A DNA stretch of 61,804 nt from Candidatus Omnitrophota bacterium (GTDB taxonomy: Bacteria > Omnitrophota > Gorgyraeia > JAHIPI01): positions 1 through 61,804 of the forward strand of contig JAHIPI010000040.1 in assembly GCA_018894435.1 (NCBI GenBank), in the 5' to 3' direction. The notes beneath the pieces were generated by a model that saw only the letters and a list, made by a program, of their open reading frames with translations, ran no database searches and was not told where the DNA came from. This document shows, one piece after another, positions 26,775 through 35,650 of this stretch. Within the stretch, counting starts at the first letter, position 1; every line of letters starts with the position of its first letter. The position numbers were made by a program, and so were the translations under genes.

Positions 26775-27116
26775 ATGTTATGGCTAAATAGGAAAGGTTT
26801 TACGCTCGTTGAAATTATGATAGTTGTCGCAATTATAGGTTTATTGGCGGCTATAGCTATTCCTAACTTCGTGAAAGCCAGAGAGACGGCGCAGGCCAAT
26901 GCCTGTATCAATAACATGAGGCAGATAGAGTCCGCGAAGGAGCAATGGGCGCTTGAGAAAGGCAAGACCACAGGCGATGTTGTTGTTGATGCCGAGGCTG
27001 CGCTTTATATCAAGGGCGGTATGCCTACTTGCCCAGCAGCTGGTACGTATACTGTTGGTGTCGTTGGCACTGATGTTATTTGCTCACTTGCAGCAAAGGG
27101 CCACGTATTGCCGTAA
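26775..27116 (+). CDS. pilA: type IV pilin (probable major pilin)
   Basis: Class III signal peptide MLWLNRKG|FTLVEIMIVVAIIGLLAAIAIPNF with Glu at +5. C-terminal Cys pair CPAAGTYTVGVVGTDVIC. Strong terminator follows. Confidence 0.9.
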   Translation: MLWLNRKGFTLVEIMIVVAIIGLLAAIAIPNFVKARETAQANACINNMRQIESAKEQWALEKGKTTGDVVVDAEAALYIKGGMPTCPAAGTYTVGVVGTDVICSLAAKGHVLP

Positions 27117-27161
27117 TCGTTAGTTAGTAATAGTCGGCTAATTGCGAGTATTGTAAGTGAA

Positions 27162-27199
27162 AGAGCGATAGGTTGGTATTTACCTGTCGCTCTTTTTTT
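27162..27199 (+). terminator. intrinsic terminator after pilin 1
   Basis: AGAGCGATAGG (27162-27172) / CCTGTCGCTCT (27183-27193): 11-bp stem with one G-U, 10-nt loop, T-run to 27199. Confidence 0.8.
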
Positions 27200-27217
27200 A
27201 AGAAAAGTCAATATCCC

Positions 27218-27246
27218 TTGACAAAAGTAGTTATGTATGGTATTTA
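27218..27246 (+). promoter_or_regulatory. sigma70-like promoter for pilin 2 (TTGACA-17 nt-TGGTATTTA)
   Basis: TTGACA at 27218-27223, TATTTA at 27241-27246. Shares TGTATGGTAT with the pilin 1 promoter. Confidence 0.5.
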
Positions 27247-27304
27247 TTAAGTGATAATAATTTACTGTAATTATACTTCTATAAAGGCGTTGAAAGCCGA
27301 AAGA

Positions 27305-27661
27305 ATGTTGACTGTAAAAAATAAAGCAGGTTACACGTTAGTCGAGCTGATGATCGCGGTCATAATCATCGGCGTTTTAGCAAGCATAGCTTTACCCAAT
27401 TATTATAAAACGCGAATCGGTACCAGAAAAGGCATCTGCATGAATAACCTGCGCCAGATAGAAGCGGCGGTCGATAGATGGGTATTTGAGAACGATATCG
27501 ACGAGGGTTATTCGGTCACTCAGGGCGACGAAGACGAGATCTATGTCTACCTAAAGAACGGTAAACCCGAGTGCCCCGCCCGCGGGATTTACACAATAAG
27601 CGCGATAGGTACCTATCCGCAGATTAGTTGCAGTGTAGAAGGTCACGTACTAGCGCAATAA
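27305..27661 (+). CDS. type IV pilin paralog
   Basis: Start moved to ATG 27305: MLTVKNKAG|YTLVELMIAVIIIGVLASIALPNY. NNLRQIEAAVDRW is parallel to NNMRQIESAKEQW of pilin 1. C-terminal CPARGIYT...ISC. Confidence 0.85.
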   Translation: MLTVKNKAGYTLVELMIAVIIIGVLASIALPNYYKTRIGTRKGICMNNLRQIEAAVDRWVFENDIDEGYSVTQGDEDEIYVYLKNGKPECPARGIYTISAIGTYPQISCSVEGHVLAQ

Positions 27662-27789
27662 TTTTTATAACGTTCTTAAAACGGCATAAGCGTGGAAATA
27701 AATAGAAACGCGTTTGTAAAAGGTGCACTCATTTTACCGCAAAATTCATGTCCGGGTTCCGAGTAAATCAAAATCATTTAAGGTGAGGG

Positions 27790-28815
27790 ATGGGTCTATT
27801 CAGCGCATTTATTAAAACAGGCAAAGATCATATAGGCATAGATATTGGCTCTCATTCTGTCAAGACGGTGGAGCTTGTTAAGGAAAAGGACATCTTTCGG
27901 ATAAAGAATATGGGCTACGCAAGGGTAAAGAAGGCAAATTCTGCGGAAAGTCTCTTGGAAGCGATAAGCGAATCGGTCTCTATGGCCAAGATAGCGCCCA
28001 ATAAGGATGTTAATGTTGCGATATCCGGCTCGTCTGTAGTGGTGCGTTTCATAGAGCTGCCGCGCATGAATGAGGACGAGCTTAAGAACGCGATAATTTT
28101 TGAAGCTGAAAAATATATACCCTTTAGCGTGAATGACGTAATAATAGACCATCAACTTATTATTCCGCATTTAGCGGATAATAAGATGCTGGTGCTCCTC
28201 ATAGCGGCAAAGAAAGATGTTATTAATGAAAGGCTGGAAATTATAAATAAGGCCGGTTTATCAGTCAACATTATAGACGTGGTATCCCTTGCCGGCGTGA
28301 ATGCATTTTTGACTACGGCTGGGCGCAAAAAGGATGAAGTGGCTGCTATCATTAACGTGGGCGCAAAGGGGACCGATATAAGCATAGTTTCGGACGACAC
28401 TTTGTATTTTACCCGAAGTGTGCAGATAGGCGGGAACGATCTTACAAAAGCGCTTTCGGATTCTTTATCATTGGGCCAGAAGGAAGCGGAAGAGCTCAAG
28501 GTAAACCCCGGCGAGAGAGCCCGAGAGGTAAGCGAATGCGTAAAGACGGTGCTCTATACTATTGCCGATGAGATACGCCTTTCATTCAGCTATTATGAAA
28601 ACCAGTCCGGGCGAAATATAGGAAGGATTTATCTGAGCGGTGGTACGGCGAAGGGCATGAATATCGGCGATATACTGCATGAACGCCTGGATGTGGACGT
28701 AGAACTATGGGAACCTAGTGTATCTATGGCGATGGAGAGCCCCATTAAAAAAGAGTTGGCGGATTCGCTAAAATATCAGATGAGCACGGCAATAGGCCTT
28801 GCTCTAAGGCGATAA
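27790..28815 (+). CDS. pilM: type IV pilus assembly protein PilM (actin-like ATPase fold)
   Basis: IGIDIGSHSVKTVEL, 341 aa, followed by pilN and pilO. Confidence 0.9.
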   Translation: MGLFSAFIKTGKDHIGIDIGSHSVKTVELVKEKDIFRIKNMGYARVKKANSAESLLEAISESVSMAKIAPNKDVNVAISGSSVVVRFIELPRMNEDELKNAIIFEAEKYIPFSVNDVIIDHQLIIPHLADNKMLVLLIAAKKDVINERLEIINKAGLSVNIIDVVSLAGVNAFLTTAGRKKDEVAAIINVGAKGTDISIVSDDTLYFTRSVQIGGNDLTKALSDSLSLGQKEAEELKVNPGERAREVSECVKTVLYTIADEIRLSFSYYENQSGRNIGRIYLSGGTAKGMNIGDILHERLDVDVELWEPSVSMAMESPIKKELADSLKYQMSTAIGLALRR

Positions 28816-28819
28816 TCAT

Positions 28820-29473
28820 ATGATAGAGATCAATTTACTGCCTCATGAAATCAAAAGGAAGAGAAGAAAGATAGAGCTTCCTGATATATCTTTCCTGCCT
28901 GTGCTCGCCGGCTTTCTGGGGGTTATAATCATAATCCATCTCTTTGTCGGGCTTATGGTGGCAATGAAAGCCAAGACCTTCAAAGGGCTTGAGCGAAAAT
29001 GGCAGTCTGTTTTACCAAACAAGGAGGAAGCGGATAATATAAAGGCGGAACTTACCAGCACGAGGACTAAAATAGACACCATAGACAAGCTTATAGAAAC
29101 GAGACGCAGTTGGGCGGTCAGGCTTAATGATATCAGTGATTCTATGATACCCGGCGTATGGCTTAATAAGCTCTGGCTGGAGAAGCGGGTTATTATACAG
29201 GAAGCGTCGTCGGCAAAAATCAATTCCGGAGAAGGCGCCGCTAAAGCAGCGAAAGAACCCAAAAAGACGATAATAAGGACTTTGCATTTAAACGGCAGCG
29301 TTATTGCCGGAGGCGGGGAAGAGACTGCCGTTATCGGTAAATTTATAAGAAGCCTTAAAGATAACAAGAATTTTATGCCGGATTTCAGCGATATAGAATC
29401 GGCCTCAATACAGCGGACTAAATTGAAGGACGCGGAAGTAATGGACTTCGAGCTTATTTGCTATTTTAAATAG
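28820..29473 (+). CDS. pilN: type IV pilus assembly protein PilN
   Basis: MIEINLLP start, single TM LPVLAGFLGVIIIIHLFVGLMV, gene order. Confidence 0.85.
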   Translation: MIEINLLPHEIKRKRRKIELPDISFLPVLAGFLGVIIIIHLFVGLMVAMKAKTFKGLERKWQSVLPNKEEADNIKAELTSTRTKIDTIDKLIETRRSWAVRLNDISDSMIPGVWLNKLWLEKRVIIQEASSAKINSGEGAAKAAKEPKKTIIRTLHLNGSVIAGGGEETAVIGKFIRSLKDNKNFMPDFSDIESASIQRTKLKDAEVMDFELICYFK

Positions 29474-29477
29474 AAAT

Positions 29478-29540
29478 AGCTCTCAGCCATCAGCTCTCAG
29501 CTATCAGCTGAAAGCTGACGACTGAAAGCTGAAAGCTGAA
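29478..29540 (+). repeat. heptanucleotide tandem array H2 (9 units) filling the pilN-pilO spacer
   Basis: AGCTCTC AGCCATC AGCTCTC AGCTATC AGCTGAA AGCTGAC GACTGAA AGCTGAA AGCTGAA, then A-ATG. The 21-nt AGCTATCAGCTGAAAGCTGAC is identical to H1. Confidence 0.9.
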
Positions 29541-29541
29541 A

Positions 29542-30132
29542 ATGGACATGGATTTTTTGAAAAAAGCAAAGAAGAACGAAATATTAGCCCTTACCGGATT
29601 AATATGCGCCGGCATACTCGTGGGCTATTTTCTGCTTTTCTTGAATCCGATGCTGTCAAAGTTATTTGACGTTTCGCGCAAAGTCGCCAAGCTGCAAAGC
29701 GATCTTTCCATCGCGGAACTATCTATAGACAGCATGCCTAAGATGAAAAAAGAGATAGCCGACCTAAAAAATAAGGCGTTAAGCTATATTAATAAACTTC
29801 CAAAAGAAGAGGAGCTGCCGGCGCTTCTGGAAAGCCTTTCTATGATGGCTCAGGGTGCGGATGTCAAGATAACGAAAATAGTGCCCATAAAAGATACAGA
29901 AGTTGTAAAAGACGCCAAAACTCCCAAGGCCAGTATATATGAGGAAAAGGGCATACTGGTACATGCGCAGTGCGGATACCACCAGTTAGGTACGTTTATC
30001 GCGCAGCTTGAAAATGCCGAGCGGTTTATGGATATATCCGACATCACTATAGAGAGTATTAGGACCACGCCTAAACGGCATAATGTCCAGCTTATAGTCA
30101 AGACGTTTGTCTTAAAGGATAAAACCAAATGA
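29542..30132 (+). CDS. pilO: type IV pilus assembly protein PilO
   Basis: N-terminal TM, a coiled coil, and a C-terminal ferredoxin-like segment (GYHQLGTFIAQLEN). Gene order. Confidence 0.8.
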   Translation: MDMDFLKKAKKNEILALTGLICAGILVGYFLLFLNPMLSKLFDVSRKVAKLQSDLSIAELSIDSMPKMKKEIADLKNKALSYINKLPKEEELPALLESLSMMAQGADVKITKIVPIKDTEVVKDAKTPKASIYEEKGILVHAQCGYHQLGTFIAQLENAERFMDISDITIESIRTTPKRHNVQLIVKTFVLKDKTK

Positions 30133-30497
30133 GAAAACAGGCAGCTTTAACGAGCGCAATTTTTTTTATTTTTCTCTTTCTCGTCCCTGCCGAAGGCCAG
30201 GTATATAAGTATTACAGTAAGGGCAAAAGAGACCCCTTTATACCCCTAGTAACCGGCGAAGTAAGGACAAGTTTGGGGCTACAGGCGGTGGAGGATATAG
30301 ACGACGTAAGGTTAGAGGGCGTAATATTTGACCCTAACGGCAAATCCATAGTAGTGCTGAACGACGAGATCCTAAAGGAAGGGGATAAGATGTATAATGT
30401 GGAAGTGCTGAAGATTACTAAGGATTCAGTTACTATAAAGGTCCATGACAGGATGCATACGATCAGCCTGGTCGAGGAAGGAGGCAAGGAGAGTTGA
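30129..30497 (+). CDS. pilP: PilP-like periplasmic pilus assembly protein
   Basis: Signal peptide, RDPFIPL motif, small beta-domain. ATGA overlap with pilO. Confidence 0.65.
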   Translation: MRKQAALTSAIFFIFLFLVPAEGQVYKYYSKGKRDPFIPLVTGEVRTSLGLQAVEDIDDVRLEGVIFDPNGKSIVVLNDEILKEGDKMYNVEVLKITKDSVTIKVHDRMHTISLVEEGGKES

Positions 30498-32122
30498 AGA
30501 AAAAAATAATATTTTTAGGCGTCTTACTCACATTTTTTATAGCAATAAACGGAAATTTGCATTCCCGGGCCGAGGATGTAACCGGGGGTTCGTTTCTCAC
30601 AGAGGCTCCCGCAATTGACGCAGAGAATGGCGCGGATGCGGCTCAGACAGGGCCGCCGGCCGACACACAAGCGGAACCGGAGATAGAGGCCTCAAAAGAA
30701 AAGTCCGAATATGATATGATGAGCGAAAGGATAGCCCCGGGAAACATAACGGTAGATTTCAAAGAAGCGGACATACGGACGGTGCTTCGCATTCTCTCCG
30801 AAAAAAGCGGGGTGAATATAGTGGCTAGTAAAGATGTTGCGGGAACGATAACCATTCGCTTAAATAACGTATATTGGGAAAAGGCGCTTGATATTATCTG
30901 CAAGAATTACGGCTATGCCTTTGAGCGGGACGGAAATATTATCAGGGTGACGACCGTAGAAAATTTGAAGCAGGAAGAATTGACCACGGAAGTCTTTTCC
31001 CTGAATTATGCAAATGCGGAAGATGTCGCAGTGGCCGTAGCGGAGATGCTTAGCTCGCGCGGCAAGGATAAAGTAAAGTTTGACGAGAGAACGAACGTAT
31101 TGATAGTGACCGACATACCTACAAACCTCTATAAAATAAGGCAGGTTGTGGATAAGCTGGATAAGAGGACGCCGCAGGTCCTGATAGAAGCCAAGATTAT
31201 AGAGACGACGCTTGTTGATACTGAAAATCTCGGGATAGACTGGACCGTGAAATTGTCGGCCTACGGTGCAAAGAGGCCGATAACGTTTCCGTTTACCGTA
31301 TCAGGCACATTGTCTTATTTGGGCATACCAAAAGACATGTGGAATACTTTTATGCCGAGGGTCGAAGGTACTACCGACACGACAACCACCGGTTCAGGCG
31401 GGGTCACTGTTACCGATACAGATAGTTTTTTTCCTATTGAGTTGGGACAATTTAGGCAATGGAGCGATTCGCCGTTTCCCCTTACGGAGGCGGATCAATT
31501 TACGTTCGGCACGCTTGACTTTTCGCAATTTTCGCTTGTCCTTGAATATCTGAAATCGCGCCGGGATACTAATGTTCTTTCAAATCCGCGGATTGCCACA
31601 TTGAATAACCAGGAAGCAAATATACTTGTCGGCACCATATTGGCTATACCGAAGTTTGAGAGAAACCCCGACACCGGCACGATGGAAGTGACGGGTTATA
31701 CCGAAAAGGATCTCGGTATCAAGCTGAACGTAATACCGCATATAAACGCTTCGGGCGATATAGTGGTGGATCTCAGGCCTGAGATCTCTGATTTGCTCGG
31801 GTTTGATACGCTTGACGCGTCAAGGGGGCTGGTAGCGCCTAGATATTCAACGAGGGAGGCAACGACCCAGATAATGGTCAGGGACGGCGAGACTATTATG
31901 ATAGGCGGTCTTATAAGAGAAAACACGGTCAATTACAAGAAGAAGGTTCCCTGGTTGGGAGACATACCCGTCCTGGGAAGGGCGCTGTTTACAAAGACGG
32001 AAGAAACCATTCAGAAGACGGAGCTGATCATATTTATGACTGTTCATCTAATAAATAGCGATACGTCCGATTTTGGCCTGGTTCCTTCTTCGGCTCTTGT
32101 TCCGATGCCCGCTAAGAAGTGA
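30494..32122 (+). CDS. pilQ: type IV pilus secretin PilQ
   Basis: TTG start overlapping the pilP stop. Signal peptide, N0-like ITVDFKEADIRTVLRILSEKSGVNIV, secretin signature KVPWLGDIPVLGRALF. Confidence 0.9.
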   Translation: MKKKIIFLGVLLTFFIAINGNLHSRAEDVTGGSFLTEAPAIDAENGADAAQTGPPADTQAEPEIEASKEKSEYDMMSERIAPGNITVDFKEADIRTVLRILSEKSGVNIVASKDVAGTITIRLNNVYWEKALDIICKNYGYAFERDGNIIRVTTVENLKQEELTTEVFSLNYANAEDVAVAVAEMLSSRGKDKVKFDERTNVLIVTDIPTNLYKIRQVVDKLDKRTPQVLIEAKIIETTLVDTENLGIDWTVKLSAYGAKRPITFPFTVSGTLSYLGIPKDMWNTFMPRVEGTTDTTTTGSGGVTVTDTDSFFPIELGQFRQWSDSPFPLTEADQFTFGTLDFSQFSLVLEYLKSRRDTNVLSNPRIATLNNQEANILVGTILAIPKFERNPDTGTMEVTGYTEKDLGIKLNVIPHINASGDIVVDLRPEISDLLGFDTLDASRGLVAPRYSTREATTQIMVRDGETIMIGGLIRENTVNYKKKVPWLGDIPVLGRALFTKTEETIQKTELIIFMTVHLINSDTSDFGLVPSSALVPMPAKK

Positions 32123-32129
32123 TAAGAAC

Positions 32130-32462
32130 GTGAAGTATTCGGCGGTAATCAGGTTTAAAAAGACGGGCATGATGAGGTACATATCCCACCTTGACCTTCT
32201 GAGATTATTCCAGAGGGCCTCCAGGAGAGCGGGCCTGCCGCTTTTTCTTACGGAAGGCTTCAATCCGCATCCGAAAATAAAGATCGAGCCTGCGCTTAAG
32301 CTGGGGCTGGAAGCCGACGACCTGCGCGCGGAAATCACCCTCACGCAATATATTTTGCCTAAGGATGTATCCGAAAAGCTCGGGAAAGAGCTGCCGCGCG
32401 GTATAGAAATTACAGAAGTAGAAGGAGATAAATCCAGATATGAAAAAAGAGATAATAGTTAA
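32130..32462 (+). CDS. short DUF2344/TIGR03936-like protein (radical-SAM-associated), possibly C-terminally truncated
   Basis: In-frame GTG 32130, 8 nt after the pilQ stop. VIRFKKTGMMRYISHLDLLRLFQRASRRAGLPL...GFNPHPKI. Only 110 aa. Overlaps rng by 23 nt. Confidence 0.65.
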   Translation: MKYSAVIRFKKTGMMRYISHLDLLRLFQRASRRAGLPLFLTEGFNPHPKIKIEPALKLGLEADDLRAEITLTQYILPKDVSEKLGKELPRGIEITEVEGDKSRYEKRDNS

Positions 32463-33942
32463 CGCTACCCCGGAAGAGAGCAGGGTAGCAATTTTAAATA
32501 ACGGAAGAATAGAGGAATATTATGTTGAAAGGACCTCGGCGCAGCGCCTGGTAAGCAGCGTCTACAAAGGCAAAGTTGAATCTATAATGGCGGGTATCGG
32601 CGCAGCTTTCGTAAATATAGGGCTTGAGAAAAACGGCTTTCTTTACGTGGATGATATTATCGAAGAAGGCGCCGCAAATATAGACATCTTGGAAGACGAG
32701 CTGGACGCGGATCATAAGAAAAGGGACGCTAACCTGCCGCGCCCGAAGATAACAGATATCTTAAAAAAGGGGCAGGAAGTGCTTGTGCAGGTAGTGAAAG
32801 AGCCCTTGGGCACGAAAGGCGCCAGACTTACGGCGCATGTTACTTTACCCGGAAGGTACATCGTCCTCATGGCTCACGATACGCATAAAGGCATCTCCAA
32901 AAAGATAAGCGACGCAAAGGAAAGAAAAAGGCTCAAGGCAATAATAGATGAGATCAATCTACCGAAGAATATAGGCGTCATCGTAAGGACTGCCGCGATA
33001 GGCCACACGAGGGAAGAATTGCGCCGGGAAGCGAGCTATCTTTACAATCTATATAGGCGCATAGAGAAAATCGCCTCGAGAAAATCGGCGCCGGCCCTGG
33101 TCAACGAGGAATACGGGCTTGTGCAGCGCGTGGCGCGGGACAACCTTGCCGAAGACGTAAGTTTCATGATCATAGATTCAAAAGTGGAATACCAAAAGAC
33201 TTTAGCGCTTTTAAGGATGATGTCGCCAAAACTAAGGACAAAGCTGAAACTGCATACAGCTCCGCAGTCGATATTTGAAAAATTCAATATAGCCGGCGAA
33301 ATAGAAAAAATATTCGATGCGAGAGTCAATCTTCCGTCAAAGGGATACATAATAATACAGCCGACCGAAGGGCTTGTCGCCATAGATGTGAATAGCGGCG
33401 GATTCTCAAGCCGCAACCCCGAAGAGACCTCCTACATAACAAACAAAGAGGCGGCTATCGAGATCGCAAGGCAGTTGAAGTTGAGGGATATGGGCGGCAT
33501 AATAGTTATAGACTTCATAGACATGGAAGTGAGAGATCACCGGCAGTCAGCTATGCAGATTTTTCTTAACGCGCTTAAAAATGACAAGGCAAAGACAAAG
33601 GTACTCAATTTCTCAAGTATCGGGCTCGTGGAAATGACAAGGCAGAGAGTCAGGAAAAGCCTTGAAGGGGCGTCGCATAACACATGTCCGTACTGCGGAG
33701 GCAGAGGAACAGTAAAGTCGCTCGCGACCATGTCGATAGAATTATTAGGGCTTCTAGAGAAGAAGTTGAAGACAGAGCGTTACAAGAAGGTTCAGGTGGC
33801 TATAAACGCTGACCTCAAAGAATACCTGCTGCAAAATTATAAAAAAGCTATTAATAATGTTGGAAGAAATGCAAGATGCAATATTATTCTAAACGCCGAT
33901 AGCCATCTGCATGTTGAAGATGTAAGGGTGAGTATTGGTTAG
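32440..33942 (+). CDS. rng: ribonuclease G/E family endoribonuclease
   Basis: S1 domain VYKGKVESIMAGIGAAFVNIG, catalytic core AIDVNSG, Zn-link CPYCGGRG. Confidence 0.9.
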   Translation: MKKEIIVNATPEESRVAILNNGRIEEYYVERTSAQRLVSSVYKGKVESIMAGIGAAFVNIGLEKNGFLYVDDIIEEGAANIDILEDELDADHKKRDANLPRPKITDILKKGQEVLVQVVKEPLGTKGARLTAHVTLPGRYIVLMAHDTHKGISKKISDAKERKRLKAIIDEINLPKNIGVIVRTAAIGHTREELRREASYLYNLYRRIEKIASRKSAPALVNEEYGLVQRVARDNLAEDVSFMIIDSKVEYQKTLALLRMMSPKLRTKLKLHTAPQSIFEKFNIAGEIEKIFDARVNLPSKGYIIIQPTEGLVAIDVNSGGFSSRNPEETSYITNKEAAIEIARQLKLRDMGGIIVIDFIDMEVRDHRQSAMQIFLNALKNDKAKTKVLNFSSIGLVEMTRQRVRKSLEGASHNTCPYCGGRGTVKSLATMSIELLGLLEKKLKTERYKKVQVAINADLKEYLLQNYKKAINNVGRNARCNIILNADSHLHVEDVRVSIG

Positions 33943-33971
33943 ACTAACAGAAAGATTGCGCTAATATTGCC

Positions 33972-34000
33972 TTGACATAGTTATATGAATATGATATATT
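33972..34000 (+). promoter_or_regulatory. sigma70-like promoter for rplU-rpmA (TTGACA-17 nt-TATATT)
   Basis: TTGACA at 33972-33977, TATATT at 33995-34000. Confidence 0.6.
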
Positions 34001-34092
34001 ACAACTTCTTTGCGAGAAATAGTGGTCCCTCGAATGCTATTTTCATCGTGTTCTAGGGGCAAATTTTTGCACACAAAAATTTGGAGATCAAA

Positions 34093-34416
34093 ATGGAGTA
34101 TGCTATAGTAGAAGTAGGCGGCAATCAGTTTAAAGTCAAAAAAGGCGATGTCATAAAAGCCGGCAAATTTACCACGGATTCCAAAAAATCGGCCAAGATC
34201 AATAAGGTATTGTTATACTCGGACGGAAAGAGTGTGGAGATCGGCAGCCCCTATATAAAAGGCGCACATATCGCTTGCGATATCATAGGCGAGGAGAAGG
34301 CAAAAAAAGTAATCGCCTATAAATACAGGAGGCGCAAAAGTTCGAAATTTAAGAAGGGGCACCGCAGGAAACTCTTGGTTCTTAAAGTAAAAGATATCAG
34401 CATAAAGGGAGATTAG
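34093..34416 (+). CDS. rplU: 50S ribosomal protein L21
   Basis: Start moved to ATG 34093 ([15 protein letters not shown]), with GGAG at 34083-34086. Confidence 0.95.
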   Translation: MEYAIVEVGGNQFKVKKGDVIKAGKFTTDSKKSAKINKVLLYSDGKSVEIGSPYIKGAHIACDIIGEEKAKKVIAYKYRRRKSSKFKKGHRRKLLVLKVKDISIKGD

Positions 34417-34417
34417 T

Positions 34418-34660
34418 ATGGCACATAAAAAAGGATTAGGAAGTTCGCGCAACGGCCGCGACAGCAATGCCCAGCGTCTGGGCGTAAAGCTTTTTCATGG
34501 TCAATTGGTGACGGCCGGCAGCATAATTATCAGGCAGCGCGGTACAAAATTTAAGCCCGGCATGAATGTCGGCATAGGTTCTGACGATACCATTTTTGCC
34601 CTTAAGTCAGGTATGGTGGACTTTAGGAAGAACCGCGTCATTAATATAATCGTAAAATAA
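34418..34660 (+). CDS. rpmA: 50S ribosomal protein L27
   Basis: [24 protein letters not shown]. Confidence 0.97.
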   Translation: MAHKKGLGSSRNGRDSNAQRLGVKLFHGQLVTAGSIIIRQRGTKFKPGMNVGIGSDDTIFALKSGMVDFRKNRVINIIVK

Positions 34661-35649
34661 TGTTTATTGACGAGGCCTGGATATACGTAAAGGCGGGCGC
34701 GGGCGGAGACGGCTGCCGGAGCTTTGAAAATATGCGCGGCAAGCGCTACGGCCGGCCGACCGGCGGTAACGGCGGAGAAGGCGGTAATATAGTCCTGGTA
34801 GCCGATAATAATAGAAATACCCTTGTCGAGTTTAAGTATAACAAACATTTCAAGGCCTCCTCCGGTAAGCACGGCGGTTCAAACAATAAGACGGGCGAGG
34901 ACGGCGGAGATCAGATTCTGCGTGTCCCTCCCGGTACTGTAATAAGAGACAAAGGAACAACTTTAGTTTTACGCGATCTTAAAGAGGCTGGCGAAAAAGT
35001 AATAATAGCAAAAGGTGGTGCCGGCGGCAAAGGTAACAGCGTAAGACGAGATGCCACCCCCGGCGAAACAGGCGAAGAGAAGGAGCTCTATTTGGAGCTT
35101 AAGCTCGTCGCCGATATCGGAATCATAGGTTATCCCAATGCCGGAAAATCGACCCTTTTATCCAAAATAACCCACGCCAGGCCCAGAATAGCAAATTTTC
35201 CGTTTACTACAAAAAGTCCGATATTGGGCGTTGCCCGTGTGGGCGAATTTAGTTTTGTCATCGCAGATCTTCCGGGACTCATAGAAGGCGCTCATGCGGG
35301 CAGGGGCCTCGGTGACAGATTTCTCCGCCATATAGAGCGGACAAGAATACTTTTGCACCTTATCGACATGGCATCGATTGACGGCAGAGATCCCAATGAC
35401 GATTTCGTCAAACTGAATAACGAGCTCACCCAGCATAGTGAGTACCTGAAGAAAAAGAATCAGATAGTAGTTGCCAATAAGATGGATATGGATGAGGCAA
35501 AAAAAAATCTCAAGCACTTTAAAGCTGCCCGCGGCAAAAAGATATATCAGATATCGGCGCTTACAGGGGAAGGCCTCGAGGATCTACTGAAGACAGCTGC
35601 AAAGGAACTGCGAAAATTACCAAGGATGGCGGAAATAAGTGGGTACTAA
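34660..35649 (+). CDS. obg: GTPase Obg
   Basis: [23 protein letters not shown]1 [21 protein letters not shown]. Confidence 0.95.
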   Translation: MFIDEAWIYVKAGAGGDGCRSFENMRGKRYGRPTGGNGGEGGNIVLVADNNRNTLVEFKYNKHFKASSGKHGGSNNKTGEDGGDQILRVPPGTVIRDKGTTLVLRDLKEAGEKVIIAKGGAGGKGNSVRRDATPGETGEEKELYLELKLVADIGIIGYPNAGKSTLLSKITHARPRIANFPFTTKSPILGVARVGEFSFVIADLPGLIEGAHAGRGLGDRFLRHIERTRILLHLIDMASIDGRDPNDDFVKLNNELTQHSEYLKKKNQIVVANKMDMDEAKKNLKHFKAARGKKIYQISALTGEGLEDLLKTAAKELRKLPRMAEISGY

Positions 35650-35650
35650 A

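Noticed and set aside
18513-32129. Considered calling the T4P module a genomic island or mobile element.
   Set aside because: There is no integrase, transposase, tRNA target or flanking direct repeat. Only the synteny-interruption argument is reported, as an inference.
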